A stretch of 64,000 nucleotides of DNA. Origin: Squalus acanthias. Taxonomy: Eukaryota. The position numbers and the translations under genes are program-made. The stretch covers positions 23,934,001-23,998,000 of the forward strand of contig CM059432.1 in NCBI GenBank assembly GCA_030390025.1, in the 5' to 3' direction. Numbering within the stretch: position 1 is the stretch's first letter; every line of letters begins with the position of its first letter. This document shows positions 24,391 through 36,960 of the stretch, piece by piece. A model generated the notes under the pieces. That model searched no databases. It was given only the letters and a program-made list of their open reading frames with translations, and was not told where the DNA came from.

Positions 24391-24961
24391 TTTTAAGCCC
24401 GCTAAAACCGCTAGTACCTCCTCCCTCTCAATACTAATTTGTTCAAGTATATCGCAATCCTGATTTCTATGCCTACATCGTCCTTCTCCATAGTGAACAC
24501 AGATGCAAAATATTCATTTAAAACCTCACCTACATCTTCTGGCTCTACACACAGATTGCCACTTTTGTCCCTAATGGGCCCTACTCTTTCCCTGGTTATC
24601 CTCTTGCCCTTAATATACTTATAAAACACCTTGGGATTTTCCTTTATTTTGCCCGCCAGTGTTTTTTCATGCCCCCTCTTTGCTCTCCTAATTTCTTTTT
24701 TAAGTACCCCCCTGCACTTTTTATACTCCTCTAGGGCTTCCACTGTTTTTAGTCCTTTGTATCTGCCAAAAGCCTCCCTTTTTTTCCTAATCCATTCTCG
24801 TATATCCCTTGACATCCAGGGTTCCCTGGGGTTGTTGGTCCCACCCTTGATCTTTACGGGAACATGTTGCCGTTGTACTCTCTCTATTTCCTTTCTTAAA
24901 GACTCCCACTGCTCTGATGTGGATTTTCCTACAAGTAGCTGATCCCAGTCCACTTTGGCCA

Positions 24962-25399
24962 GATAGAAACATAGAAACATAGAATCTAGGAGCAGGAGTA
25001 GGCCATTCGGCCCGTCGAGCCTGCTCCACCATTCAATACGATCATGGCTGATCATCCAAATCCAGTACCCTGTCCCCTGCTTTAATCCCCACAGTACACA
25101 TATCCCACCCTACCCCCGTAACCCCAAGTATTTAATTCCCCCTAACATATCCCATCCTATCCCCATAACCCCACATATTTAATCCCCCCCTAACACTAAG
25201 GGTCAATTTATCATAGCCAAATCAACCTAACCCGCACATTTTTGGACTGTGGGAGGAAACCGGAGCACCCGGAGGAAACCCACGCAGACACGGGGAGAAT
25301 GTGCAAACTCCACACAGACAGTCACCCGAGGTCAGATTCGAACCCGGGTCCCTGGCGCTGTGAAGCACCAGTGCTAACCACTATGCCACCGTGTTGCCC
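24962..25399 (-). mobile_element. HE1/V-SINE body fused to a CR1 3' end
   Basis: tRNA head gggcaacacggtggcatagtggttagcac and V domain gtgtggagtttgcacattctccccgtgtctgcgtgggtttcctccggg. The last about 120 bp match the CR1 3' end at 42360-42472. Confidence 0.9.
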
Positions 25400-26250
25400 T
25401 TAAATCCTGCCTTATCATATTACAATCGGCTTTCCCCCAATTTCAAACCTTTATTTCTGGTCCATCTTTGTCGTTTTCCATGACTACCTTAAATCTCACT
25501 GAATTATGGTCACTGTCACCAAAATGCTCTCCTGCTAACGCTTCTATCACTTGCCCGGCTACATTCCCTAGAATTAGGTCCAGTACCGCCCCCTCTCTTG
25601 TAGGACTTTCTACATGCTGGCTCAAAAAGCTCTCCTGGATGCACTTTAAGAATTCCGCACCCTTTCACACTCTGACTATCCCAGTTAATATTGGGGAAGT
25701 TGAAATCCCCTACTATTATTACCCTATTATTTCTACACTTCTCTGAGATTTGCCTACATATCTGTTCCTCTATCTCCCCCTGACTGTTTGGGGGCCTATA
25801 GTACACTCCCAACAAGTGCTTGCCCCCTTTTTGTTTTTAAGTTCTACCCATATGGCCTCATTAGAGGAACATGCTAAGATATCATCCCTCCTTACAGCAG
25901 TAATTGACTCCTTGATTAATATTGCGACACCCCCTCCTCTTTTACACTCCCCTCTGTCTTGCCTGAAGATTCTATACCCCGGAATATTCAGCTGCCAGTC
26001 CTGCCCCTCCCTCAACCATGTCTCTGTGATAGCAACAATATCATACTCCATGTGTTCATCAACACCTTCAATTCATGTGCCTTACTCGCAAGACTCCTTG
26101 CATTAAAATAAATGCCATCCAGCCTTGCCATATTCCCTTGTGCCGTTACATATTTGCTCTGCCTTCCAGGCTGACTTGTTTTTTCCTCTATATTTGGCTG
26201 TGCATCACCCCCTACTATAGCTCCACTCAGTATCCCATCCCCCTGCCAAG

Positions 26251-27204
26251 TTAGTTTAAACCACCCCCCCCAACAGTACTAGCAAACCTCCCCGCAAGGA
26301 TGTTGGTCCCGTTCCGGTTCAGGTGCAACCCGTCCGACTTGTACAGGTCCCACCTTCCCCAGAAGCAGACCCAGTGATCCAGGAAACTAAAGCCCTCCCT
26401 CCTGCACCAACTCATAAGCCACGCATTCATCTGCTCTATCCTCCTATTCCTATACACACTAGCATGTGGCACCGGGAGTAATCCAGAGATTACAACCTTT
26501 GAGGTCCTGCTTTGTAATCTGCTGCCTAGCTCCCTAAATTCTTGTTGCAGGACCTCATCCCTCTTTCTACCCATGTCATTGGTACCAATGTGAACCACGA
26601 CCTCTGACTGTTCGCCCTCCCCCTTCAGAATGCCCTGCAGCCGTTCAGTGACATCCTTGACCCTGGCACCAGGGAGGCAACATACCATCCTGGAGTCACG
26701 TCTGCGGCCACAGAAACGTCTATCTGTTCCCCTTACGATAGAATCCCCTATCACTATTGCTCTCCCACTCTTTTTCCTCCCCTCCTGTGCAGCTGAGCCA
26801 CTCGTAGTGCCACGGACTTGGCTCTTGCTGCATTCCCCTGAGAAACCATCTCCCCCATCAGTATCCAAAACGGAAAATCTGTCGGAGAGGGAGATGGACC
26901 CAGGGAACTCGTGCACTACCTTGCTAGTTCTTTTATGCTGTCTGGCGGTCACCCATTCCCTGTCTGCCTGTGCACTCTTTACCTGCGGTGTGAGCACCTT
27001 GTTAAACGTGCTATCTACGAAGATCTCAGCTTCGCAGATGCTCCACAGTGACTCCAGCTGCAGCTCCAGCTCCAAAACGCGGATTTCGAGTAGCTGCAGC
27101 TGGAGACACTTCCTGCACATGTGTTCGCCCTGGACACCTAAAGTGTCCCTGACTTCCAACATAGCACAGGAGGAGCACTCCACGCTGCCGAGCTGCCCTG
27201 CCAT
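26251..27204 (-). CDS. CR1 ORF1 protein (zinc finger/leucine zipper plus SGNH esterase), intact 317 aa
   Basis: CSSC...CRKC, leucine-rich heptads, IVIGDSIVRG, LPGARVKD, HIGTND, DGLHLN. Confidence 0.92.
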   Translation of the reverse strand: MAGQLGSVECSSCAMLEVRDTLGVQGEHMCRKCLQLQLLEIRVLELELQLESLWSICEAEIFVDSTFNKVLTPQVKSAQADREWVTARQHKRTSKVVHEFPGSISLSDRFSVLDTDGGDGFSGECSKSQVRGTTSGSAAQEGRKKSGRAIVIGDSIVRGTDRRFCGRRRDSRMVCCLPGARVKDVTERLQGILKGEGEQSEVVVHIGTNDMGRKRDEVLQQEFRELGSRLQSRTSKVVISGLLPVPHASVYRNRRIEQMNAWLMSWCRREGFSFLDHWVCFWGRWDLYKSDGLHLNRNGTNILAGRFASTVGGGGLN

Positions 27205-28320
27205 GTCCTACACTTAATTTACTCCCTTTAAATTAAAGAATATTAAATACACTAGGGACCTTACTTCCCTTTAAACACTACTTCTAAACTAGAGACCTTA
27301 CTTTTACTTTAATGACTGGAATGTAGAAATACTGTAGAAATACTCACCGCTGGTTCTCTGTCCCCTCTTGTGCAGCTTTTTAGCTCCTGCTGTCCTGGAA
27401 GCTGACAAAGATGGAAAAAGAAAGTAACACCTCCCTCCCCGAACTCCCTCACTCACCAAACTCGCAGCTTAACACTCTGTTCCGATCTGCACTCCGTGAC
27501 AAACTGCACTCTAGCCTGATATTGATATATATTAATGACCTGGGCTTGGTATACAGGGCATAATTTCAAAGTTTGCAGATGACACAAAGCTTGAAACTGT
27601 AGTAAACAGTAAGGATGCTCGCAACAGACTTCAGGAGGACATTAGTGAAATTGGCAAACACATGGCAGATGCAATTCAACGCAGAGAAGTGTGAAGTCAT
27701 GCATTTTGGTAGGAAGGATGAGGAGAGGCAATATAAATTAAATGGTACAATTTTAAAGGAGATGCGGGAACAGAGAGACCTGGGGGTGTATGTACACAAA
27801 TGATTGAAGGTGGCAGGACAAGTTGAGAAGGCAGTTAAAAAACATACTGGATCTTTGGCTTTATAAACAGAGGCATATAAGCAATGAAGTTATGCTAAAC
27901 CTTTACAAACCACTGGTTAGTCCCCAGCTGGAGTATTTTGTTCAATTCTGGGCACCACACTTTAGGAAAGATGTAACAAGGCCTTTTTAGCAAGGCCTTG
28001 TAGAGGGGGCAAAGGAAATTTATTAGAATAGTACCAGGGATGCGGGGCTTCAGTTACATGGATAGAAGCTGGGGTTGTTCTTCTGAGAACAAAGAAGGTT
28101 AAGGGAAGAATTAATAGAGATGTTCAAAATCATGAAGGGGTTTGATAGAGTAAATAAGGAGAAACTGTTTCCAGTGACAGAAGAGTCAGTAACCAAAGGA
28201 CACAGATTTAAAATAACTAGCAAAACAACCAGAGGCGAAAGAGGAGAATTTTTTTTTATGCAGCGAGTTGTTATGATCTGGATGGCACTACCTGAAAGGG
28301 TGGTGGAAGCAGATTCAATA

Positions 28321-29113
28321 ATAATGCATTTGGGGAGTGCTAACAAGAAAGGGAATACACATTAAATGGTAGGACACTGAGTAGTGTAGAGGAACAAAGG
28401 GACCTTGGAGTGCATGTCCACAAATCCCTGAAGGTAGCAGGCCAGGCAGATAAGGTGGTTAAGAAGGCATACGGAATGCTTGCCTTTATTAGCCGTGGCA
28501 TAGAATACAAGAGCAGGGGCGGTTATGCTTCAACTGTATAAAGCACTAGTTAGGCCTCAGCTAGAGTACTGCATGCAGTTCTGGTCACCACATTACAGGA
28601 AAGATGTGATTGCACTAGAGAGGGTACAGAGGAGATTTACAAGGATGTTGCCGGGAGTAGAGAATTTTAGCTGTGAGGTAAAACTGGATAGGCTGGGTTT
28701 GTTTTCCTTGAAACAGAGGAGGCTGAGGGGAGACCTTATTGAGGTGTATAAAATTATGAGGGGCCTAGATAAAGTGGATAGAAAGGACCTATTTCCCTTA
28801 GCAGAGGGGTCAAAAACCAGGGGCACAGATTTAAAGTAATTGGTGGAAGGTTTAGAGGGGATTTGAGGGGAAATTTCTTCACCCAGAGGGTTGTGGGGGT
28901 CTGGAACTCACTGCCTCAAAGGGTGGTAGAGGCAGAAAACCTAACCACATTTAAAAAGTACTTGGACGTGCACTTGGGATGCTGTAACCTGCAGGGCTAC
29001 GGACCAAGAGCTGGGAAGTGGGATTAGGCTGGATAGCTCTTTGTTGGCCGGCGCGGACACAATGGGCCGAAATGGCCTCCTTCCGTGCTGTAACTTTCTA
29101 TGATTCTATGATT
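28321..29113 (+). mobile_element. CR1 3' fragment nested in the host CR1
   Basis: ORF 28525-28839 LYKALVRPQLEYCMQFWSPHY, (tatgattc)n tail, and taataa at both junctions. Confidence 0.9.
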
Positions 29114-31524
29114 CTAATAACTATCAAAAGAGAATTGGATAAATACTTGAAGGGAAAATATTTGCATGGCTATGGGGAAAGGGTAACAGACTGAGGCTAA
29201 TTGACTAGCTCCTTCAAAGAGCCAGCACAGGCACGATGGGCTGCATGGCCTCTTTCTGTTCTGTATCATTTGATGATTCTATGAATACTCTCTGGAAGCC
29301 AAATCGGAATTTTGATCACTATTTGTGTGAAGCTCTCAATTCTAACTTTTCCATTCACCAGTTGAACTGTGCCCCTTTTGTCCTACTTTCATAGTATACC
29401 TTGACATAAAGGGCGTAATTTAACTGCTTTGCACTTCTGATGGGGAGCCTCACCTGCTGGGAGTGCATATCAGAAATTTGGGCCTGCACTGCCCACAATT
29501 TCTGATCGTTAAAATGGTCAATATGTGCTACCAGCAGGCAAGGCTCCTTGTCTGGTGCACAGGCTAGTAAAATTTTCTCATAGTACATAAAGAAGTACAG
29601 GATCAGAAAAGTCTCTTGTGGTCTATCGAGTGTCTAAGCAGCATCATATCCTATGATACCTCTCGTACCCCTCTATCAAATTATCCACCAGCTACTTGCT
29701 TATCTCTCTTGTATCTCTTGAATTTGCTGACACAACAGTGTTTTGAACTTATCTTTTCCATACTATTTAATCTTTATCTTTAGTTAAAATTTGCATTTGT
29801 GCGATCTTTATCAACATTTTTACATAAATCTTCTTCTTCAAAAAGTGCATGTTAATCGACAGCCTAGGAGCAGCACTGTATCTTATAAACCTCTACGCAG
29901 TTCCCTTTCTAAACCAGGGAATGCTGGAACGACTCACCATATTGCTCAACAGATTTTTTGAGACACCAGAATATATATTACACTTGGCCTCAGGAATTAT
30001 GTGAATATATTTCAGTGTTCTGCAACTCAGATGCTAAGTAAAATGATTCATATGCTCTGTCACTTCTAGTGTAGTGATTTTATTACCTTTATTACTAATA
30101 AAACCCTCACGCACTGACAGGCTTCATTTTCAGTCAGATGAAAGTTTAAACTGCATCAAAGTGCAAGCTGTAGCTTTTTGGTTCTGTTACAGTAATGGTT
30201 TCCAGCCGGCAGTGAGCACGATATCAGTTAGGTTTCCACGCTGGCAAAAAATGAATCTGTTCAGCAATTTGTAGCAATGCCTTTAATGATTTCAACAACA
30301 CCATTTTTGGTGTATCCTCACAAGTTGTTTGTAATTAATAGAGAACAGCAAAGTACTACATCCTTTTGGTCATTCTATTTTTACCCTGAGCTGGTTGTTA
30401 AGAATCATATTATAAAAAAACATTTATGTAAATCATTGACATGCCAAAACCGTGTTTTTTTTTAAATCTCATGAAACTTTAGATAGCATTTTTCTTTCTA
30501 AACACCTATAAGAATCGAAGGGCCAGTGTGAATCTCTTTAGAGTGATCTTTGTCGGCAAACTAAGTATTTTCATACAAAATATATTTACTATCATACATG
30601 AAATATGTTCTATATCTTTAAATTGTTGCTTAGATTTTGTGCCTCGGGAGAAAGGCCGCAGGGTTGCCCAGGAGCACCACAGGGTGAGAATGATTGGAGG
30701 CTTTAAGCCTTGAGGAGAATTGGTTCAGATAATTATAGCCTGCTATCTCCAGCCCAGCTTCTCTGTTTCATCGTGCCACCTTCAAAAATATAACTTGTCG
30801 GCCTGTTAAATGACACGACTTATCTTTAAGAACTGCCTTTGCTCTTAGCTCGGTTGCACAATGTGGGTGGGTGGAGGGATGGGAGGGAGGTAATGGGAAT
30901 ACGTCAGAAGCATTAATAAAAAAGAGATTATCAGAAGTGAAAATATGCAGAAATATATTCTGGATCTCTTCGTATTCAAGAGAACATTTTATTTCCGTAT
31001 CTGTAAAAATATAATTTTTTTAAAAATAACGCAGTTTCAATAATTCACCAGTAATAAGAAAGTGACATCTGGTTTCATGACTCTCACTTTGCTATGTAAT
31101 CTGTCATTTATTTTAAGTATCTCTGCACTGACGATACTTCAAAATCTTCTCATCAGTTGAGTGCTTTATAAAAGGTTATTGAGAAAAGGCAGGGAAATGG
31201 CTCTTTCAGAGGCTCAGTGCAGACAAATGTTGGGCTGAATGGCCTCCATCCGACACTAAGGTCAACTCTGACTCACTGTTTCCTCATGTCAAGCCTTAAA
31301 CAGTTTTTTTCCCCCTCTCTTTTTGTAATATTTGCTGAAATCTACAGAACCGCGCTAAACATAGATAAATAGTAATGTAACACTTTCTGCTGGTACGACA
31401 CTGCTGTTTACTCAGCGCTACCTTTTCACTAAAATTAATAGACAGAGGGAATTAGAGCCCCAAAAATCTAATCTTTTGTGTAGAAGCAGCTTGTAACAAG
31501 GTAACAATGCCTGTTCCGGTAATG

Positions 31525-31995
31525 CAGGTGGACATTCAAGTACCTATGGCATTATTCAAAAAAGAGCAGGGAGTTATATAGGACCAAGAGTAGGCCATTC
31601 ACCCCTCGAGCCTGATCTGGCATTTAATTAGATCATGGCTGATCTGTACCTCAACTCCACTTACTCACCTTTGTTCCATCTCCCTTGATACCCTTAACTA
31701 ACAAAAATCTATCAATCTCAGTCTTGAAAATTTGAACTGACCCAGCATCCACAGGCTTTTGGAGGAGAGTTCCAGATTTCTACTACCCTTTGTGTGAATA
31801 AGTGCTTCCTGATCTCACTCCTGCATCCTGGCCAACATTCTTCCCTCAACCAACACTATCTAAAAACCAGACCAGCTGGTCATTCTTGCTTATGGGAGCT
31901 ATCTGCGTGCCAAAATGATTGCCTCCTATTGCCTAAACAACAACAGTCACTGCACTTAAAAATAATTTATTGTAGGTGAAGCGCTTTGAGAAATA
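31525..31995 (+). mobile_element. Old DeuSINE interrupted by a CR1 3' end (about 31580-31825, minus)
   Basis: atggcattattcaaaaaagagcagggagtt, then a CR1 tail, then cctggccaacattcttccctcaacc. Confidence 0.75.
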
Positions 31996-32276
31996 TAGTC
32001 CATAATATTCCCCCTCTTTCTTGCGCTGGCATGGGACAGGTGGAGTGCAGAGTTATCCCCAAGCAGAGCCTTGTTCTGGGAACTGGAGATGGAATCAGGA
32101 GCACAGATACAGGCTTGGCCTGACCACTGGCCTCAGGCCCACTGGTTGTCGTTGGAGAAAAGAAGCCAGAAGGCACCAAGGCCTGAACATCCACTGAGTT
32201 CCTGTAAAGAAAAGTCAAAACTTACCTTTAGAATTCTCTTCTCGTTCACCTAGGAAAATAAGGCAAAATAACCCAT

Positions 32277-32725
32277 AAGGTTGAGCAGGTTGGGCCTATA
32301 CTCATTGGAGTTTAGAAGAATGAGAGGTGATCTTATTCAAACATATAAGATTCTGAGGGAGCTTGATAGGGTAGATGCAGGGAGGATGTTTCCCCTCATG
32401 GGGGAATCTAGAACTAGGGGGCATAGTTTCAGAATAAGTGGTCGCCCATTTAAAACAGAGATGAGGAGGAATTTCTTCTTTCAGAGGGTCGTGAATCTTT
32501 GGAATTCTCTACCCCAGAGAGCTGTGGAGGCTGGGTCATTGAATATATTCAAGGCGGAGAAAGACAGCTATTTGAGCAAAAGGGGAGTCAAGGGTTATGG
32601 GGAGCGGGCGGGAAAATGGAGTTGAGGCCAAGATCAGATCAGCCATGACCTTATTGAATGGCGGAGCAGGTTCGAGGGGTCAAATTGCCTACTCCTGCTC
32701 CTATTTCTTATGTTCTTATGTTCTT
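32277..32725 (+). mobile_element. CR1 3' fragment
   Basis: LGLYSLEFRRMRGDLI...RVVNLWNSLP and a (ttcttatg)n tail. Confidence 0.95.
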
Positions 32726-33139
32726 ATAACACCATGCCCCCCGCATCCCTCCCCGCTCCACCAATTCCTGCCTTATTACTCTTGCTATGCTGGGTCTGTG
32801 TCTAATATTGATGCATGCCACACTCTGCCCATTTTAGGGAACCCCTGGAAATCCAAGGGGCAGCGTAAAGGGGAGGACACTTAAAAATTGAATGACTTGA
32901 AGTATTAGTATCAGAAATTGATCCTCTTTGTACTCCATTTACATGGTCTAGAACATTATTTAGAAGACCTAGTTATACATACATACATACATACTGGCAT
33001 ATCTGTATGTGCGTGTATCTCTGTAATGGAGGGAGGCTTCCCAAAATCCTTCTCTACCAAATTTATAAACTATAGGAGAAAATGGTAATGCCAACACAAG
33101 ATAGAGTTTATTTTAAATATATACACAAGGATGTAGTCT

Positions 33140-33850
33140 GTACCAAGTTAGTTGATTTCAGTCAGAGCAACAGTTGAGGTACTACAATTAGCTTCAGTAA
33201 CCTTAGTCTGGTTTGGAGCAAATACCAACAAGGCTCCTGCTGCTGTTGATACTGTTGACCCAGTGCAAAATGTGCACAAGTATGTCAGGTGAGAGCAAGT
33301 CTGGGCCCAGCTGTGGTGCTTCTCATCATCTTTTAGATGAGACTTTAGACCGAGGCCCTGTCTGCTCTCTCAGGTGAACGTAGAAGATCCCATGGCACTA
33401 TCTTGAAGAAGAGCAGGGGGAGTCCTGGTCAATATTTATCCCTCAATCAACATCACTAAAAAAAACAGATTATCTAGTCACTAACTTCTCAAGGGCAACT
33501 AGGGATGGGCAATAAATGCTGGCCTTGCCAGCGACGCCCACATCCCATAAACAAATTAAAAAAAAATTATCACATTGCTGTTTGTGGGAGCTTGCAGTGT
33601 GCAAATTGGCTGCCGTGTTTCCTACATTTCAACAGTGACTACACTTCAAAAGTACTTCATTGGCTGTAAAGTGCTTTGGGATGTCCTGAGGTTGCGAAAG
33701 GCGCTATTTCTTTCTAGGCTGCTGACACACATTGTTTAGACGCATACATTAAGAATGTTCACTTCAGCCTGTACGTGACAGCAACCTGTTCTTTTGACAC
33801 AAACCTGAGTCACTGCCTTCAGGGGAGAGAGAAATTGGAGAGGGAAAAAA
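33140..33850 (+). mobile_element. AmnSINE2-like SINE interrupted by a DeuSINE (about 33330-33715), itself interrupted by a Zenon-like tail (about 33485-33568)
   Basis: Motifs of each family resume correctly after each insert. Confidence 0.65.
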
Positions 33851-33999
33851 CATCAAGTAATGCAGCACATTCATTTGATGTACAGATCCATCCATATGCT
33901 ATGCTGCCAACTATTCAAATCTATGGCCGAGAAAGTCCTTGGAATTGCTACTGCTCCATCGGCGTTACTTCACCAGATGTGCAGCAGAATCAAAGATTG

Positions 34000-34270
34000 A
34001 TAGAATGATACTGCACAGCAGGAAGCCATTCAGCCCATCGTGCCTGTGCCGTCTCTTTGAAAGAGCTATCCAATTAGTTCCACTCCTCTGCTCTTCCCCT
34101 GAATTTTTTTTTTTACATCTTCAAGTATTTATCCAATTCCCTTTTGAAAGTTACTATTGAATCTGCTTCCACCACCCTTTCAGGCAGTGCATTCCAGATC
34201 ATAACAAGTCGCTGCATAAAACAAATCCTCCTCATCTCCCTTCTGGTTATTTTGCCAATTACCTTAAAAA
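34000..34270 (-). mobile_element. CR1 3' end
   Basis: ORF 34113-34346 FMQRLVMIWNALPERVVEADS. Confidence 0.85.
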
Positions 34271-35687
34271 TTGCGCGCCCCAAACGGGAAGTTAAGCTGG
34301 CAGATTGGGAGCAGACCTGAGGAATTTCCTGCTCTATCATTTTCACTTCCCTTCCCTTCAGTTTTCTCCCCTCTTTACTTGAAGGTGTTGACTCATGCTA
34401 GGGTAGGCGTTGGGCTACAAAAGGGGAAAAACCTACCTAAAATACTCCACCCACCTCCTAAAAAATGAAACAAAAATCGTGTTGCCAGCATGGAGCTGAT
34501 TGCAAGGGAAGAGAAGTTGGATGCTTAACAGTTCAGCATAACACTACTTTGCTGAACGCAATTAGAAAATGTTGCACCGCAAAGGCAGTCCCAGCTGTAG
34601 AATCAGAATTAAAAAATCACCAATTTGATGAGTAGCTAAAAACCAGAAGACAAATTTACGTATGATTTGACATTAAGCTTAATCTGTTTGTAATTTATTT
34701 TTAGAACATATTAGGAAAAGGCAATTTGGCTCAATAACCCCCACCCTTTCTTTGGTTGCGCTCAAACCCATATTTCAGCCATCTCATGTTATCCCTTAAT
34801 CAATGTCCAGACATATATCCAGTTAGTTCCTGATTTGTTTCAGTGGTCTACCCTGGTAATTTATATCATATATTTAAGACGTTTTATGTAAAATAGCTCT
34901 ATCACATAACCCTTAGTTCTTGAATAATTCATTAGTGCAAACTGTTACATGATGTATTTTGATTTTTTTCTTTTTATGCTTTCTGGCAGAAATCAAATAA
35001 AATTTGAACATTTGATCTCGGCCTATAAGGTAGAATAACCTCACTGAAATGGAAAAAACAGGGTTTTGTTAATTTATTTCTGAGTAGGTAATAATGAGCT
35101 AACTAATTAACAGCACATTATCACCAGCTCTGAAAAGCTATAGGAAAGGATTTGCAGAATCAAAGATTACCGGATAGATTTAATTTACCAATTAATAGCA
35201 TAAGATCTCTGACCCAGAATATTACTTCGTTGCAAACAAGCCGAACAGCTCTGTTTAATCTTGTCAATTAGTGTATATCATTATCGATGGAGCAGCGCAG
35301 TTAAAATGCTCACAAATGAAGTATCACTAAAGGAAATTAGGTGTCCCATGGGCTACAAACCATTTTGTGATGGAAAGGACAGGCTAGTTCCCAGATTTTT
35401 GTTAATCCTAATTCTTGAGCTATCCAGTAGAAACTGACCTCCAATTTTGCTTCTCTCCTTGTGGTGAAAAGTGTGGCCTCTGCTTGATACTTTCAAATGA
35501 AACACCCTAGGTAAAATCGTGGAACAATATATTGGGAATGAGCTTTCAAGAAGGTCTAAGAAGCGAAAAGTTGAGGGAACCTCACTGAGGTACATAATGT
35601 ATTAAATGGTATAGCTAAGGGTACCCATAACAATACTTTACAGTAAGTCATGGCAGAAGGATAGACAATTTAAATTAAAACAGATAT

Positions 35688-35960
35688 TGGGCTGGAATTT
35701 CCTTAGAACTGCTCCAGCTCTATTGCCACAACTTCATCGGAAGTGGAAACAGGATTGCCATCACACTTCCGACAAAGTTACGACAGCAGAGCAGGAGTCA
35801 TTATCTACTAATAAAGTCATGTGCCTAGACATTCTGAGGGGCACCTCCCAATTCACCACCGTAACCCTGGCAGAAGCCCCAGAAATGATTTATGCCATGT
35901 CCCTGGGGCCTCCGCTGAAATTACAGTGTGCATTCGGGAGAACCCTATGGAAATTCTAAT
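35688..35960. mobile_element. Old Harbinger-type MITE remnant
   Basis: Ends gggctggaattttcc ... ggaaattctaatc resemble degenerate TIRs. Confidence 0.4.
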
Positions 35961-36640
35961 CAACAATAATAACAACTTGCATTTATATAGCACCTTTAAC
36001 GTAGTAAAATATCCCAAGATGCTTCACATGAACGTTATCAAACAAAAATTTGACACCAAACCACAAAAGGAGATATTAGGACAGGTGACCGAAAGCTTTG
36101 TCACAGAGATAGGCTTTAAGGAGCGTCTTAAAGGAGGAGAGAGAGTTATAGAGGTGGAGAGGCTTAGGGAGGGAATTCCAGAGCCAAGGGCCCAAGCAGC
36201 TGAAGGCATGACCGCCAATGGTGGAGTGATAAAAAACCGGTGATTCGCAAATGGGTAGAATTGGAGTAGTGCAGAAATCTCGGCGGGTTGTAAGGCTAGA
36301 GATAGGGAGGGGTGAGGCCATGGAGGGATTTGAAGACAAGAATGAGAATTTTAAAATCGAGACGTTGCTGGACTGGGAGCCAATGTAGGTCATCAAGCAC
36401 AGGGGTGATGGGTGATTGGGACTTGGTGCGAGTTAGAACACGGGCAACAGAGTTTTGGATGAGTTCAAGTTTATGGAGGGTGGAAGATGGGAAGCTGGCC
36501 AGGAGAGCATTGGAATAGTCAAGTCTAGAGGTCACAAAGGCATGGATGAGGCTTTTAGTAGCAGATGAGCTGATGCAGGGGCAGAGATGGGCCATGTTAC
36601 GGAGTTGGAAGTAGGCAGTCTTGGTGATGGAATGGATAAA
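35961..36640 (-). mobile_element. L2 LINE 3' fragment
   Basis: LIHAFVTSRLDYSNALL...LELIQNSVARVLT...LHWLPVQQRLDFKIL, with tail acgttaaaggtgctatataaatgcaagttgtt. Confidence 0.92.
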
Positions 36641-36774
36641 GTCAAAGATATTTGGGCAGTTTTAAATGAAGTTGGATGCTATACTGGTTGAGTTAGATTA
36701 CTAAAGGAACAAGTTTTGATAGGTCAAATGGCCTTTTCTCTCCTTAACTTTTTCTTATGAACTGCAGAGAAGAT

Positions 36775-36960
36775 CAGTCAGCATCCAAAAGAGTGAAGAC
36801 AGACTAACTTTCGGGTGGCGATCCTTTGTCAGAACTGTTACGTTGCAAAGTCTTGGCCTGAAATTTTAACTTATATTTTTTTTCTTTCAGATATGGACTG
36901 ACCTGTTGTGTATTTCCAATCTTTCCTGTTTTTATTTCAGATTTTGGGAATGCGAAGTTT
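36775..36960. mobile_element. Old Penelope-like inverted terminal-repeat pair
   Basis: Diverged versions of the 6211/48085 repeat occur in both orientations, with a hammerhead-like core on minus at about 36805-36835. Confidence 0.45.

Larger units (their letters stand above)
21021..27512 (-). mobile_element. Full-length CR1 LINE containing nested MITEs in its tail and an HE1 SINE in ORF2
   Basis: 5' UTR, ORF1, frameshifted APE/linker and RT are in order. The (tagagtca) tail is split by the MITE at 21031. Confidence 0.93.
20765..29285 (+). mobile_element. Host CR1 3' half, split into 20765-21020, 27520-28320 and 29118-29285
   Basis: YMDFQKAFDKVP...SGVP stops near 21020 and resumes at about 27520 with LIYINDL...KFADDTK. 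The 3' end is at 29285. Confidence 0.85.

Noticed and set aside
22931..24942. Plus-strand ORFs of 60-145 aa
   Set aside because: They are antisense shadows of CR1 ORF2. The same applies to most short ORFs opposite LINEs across the window.
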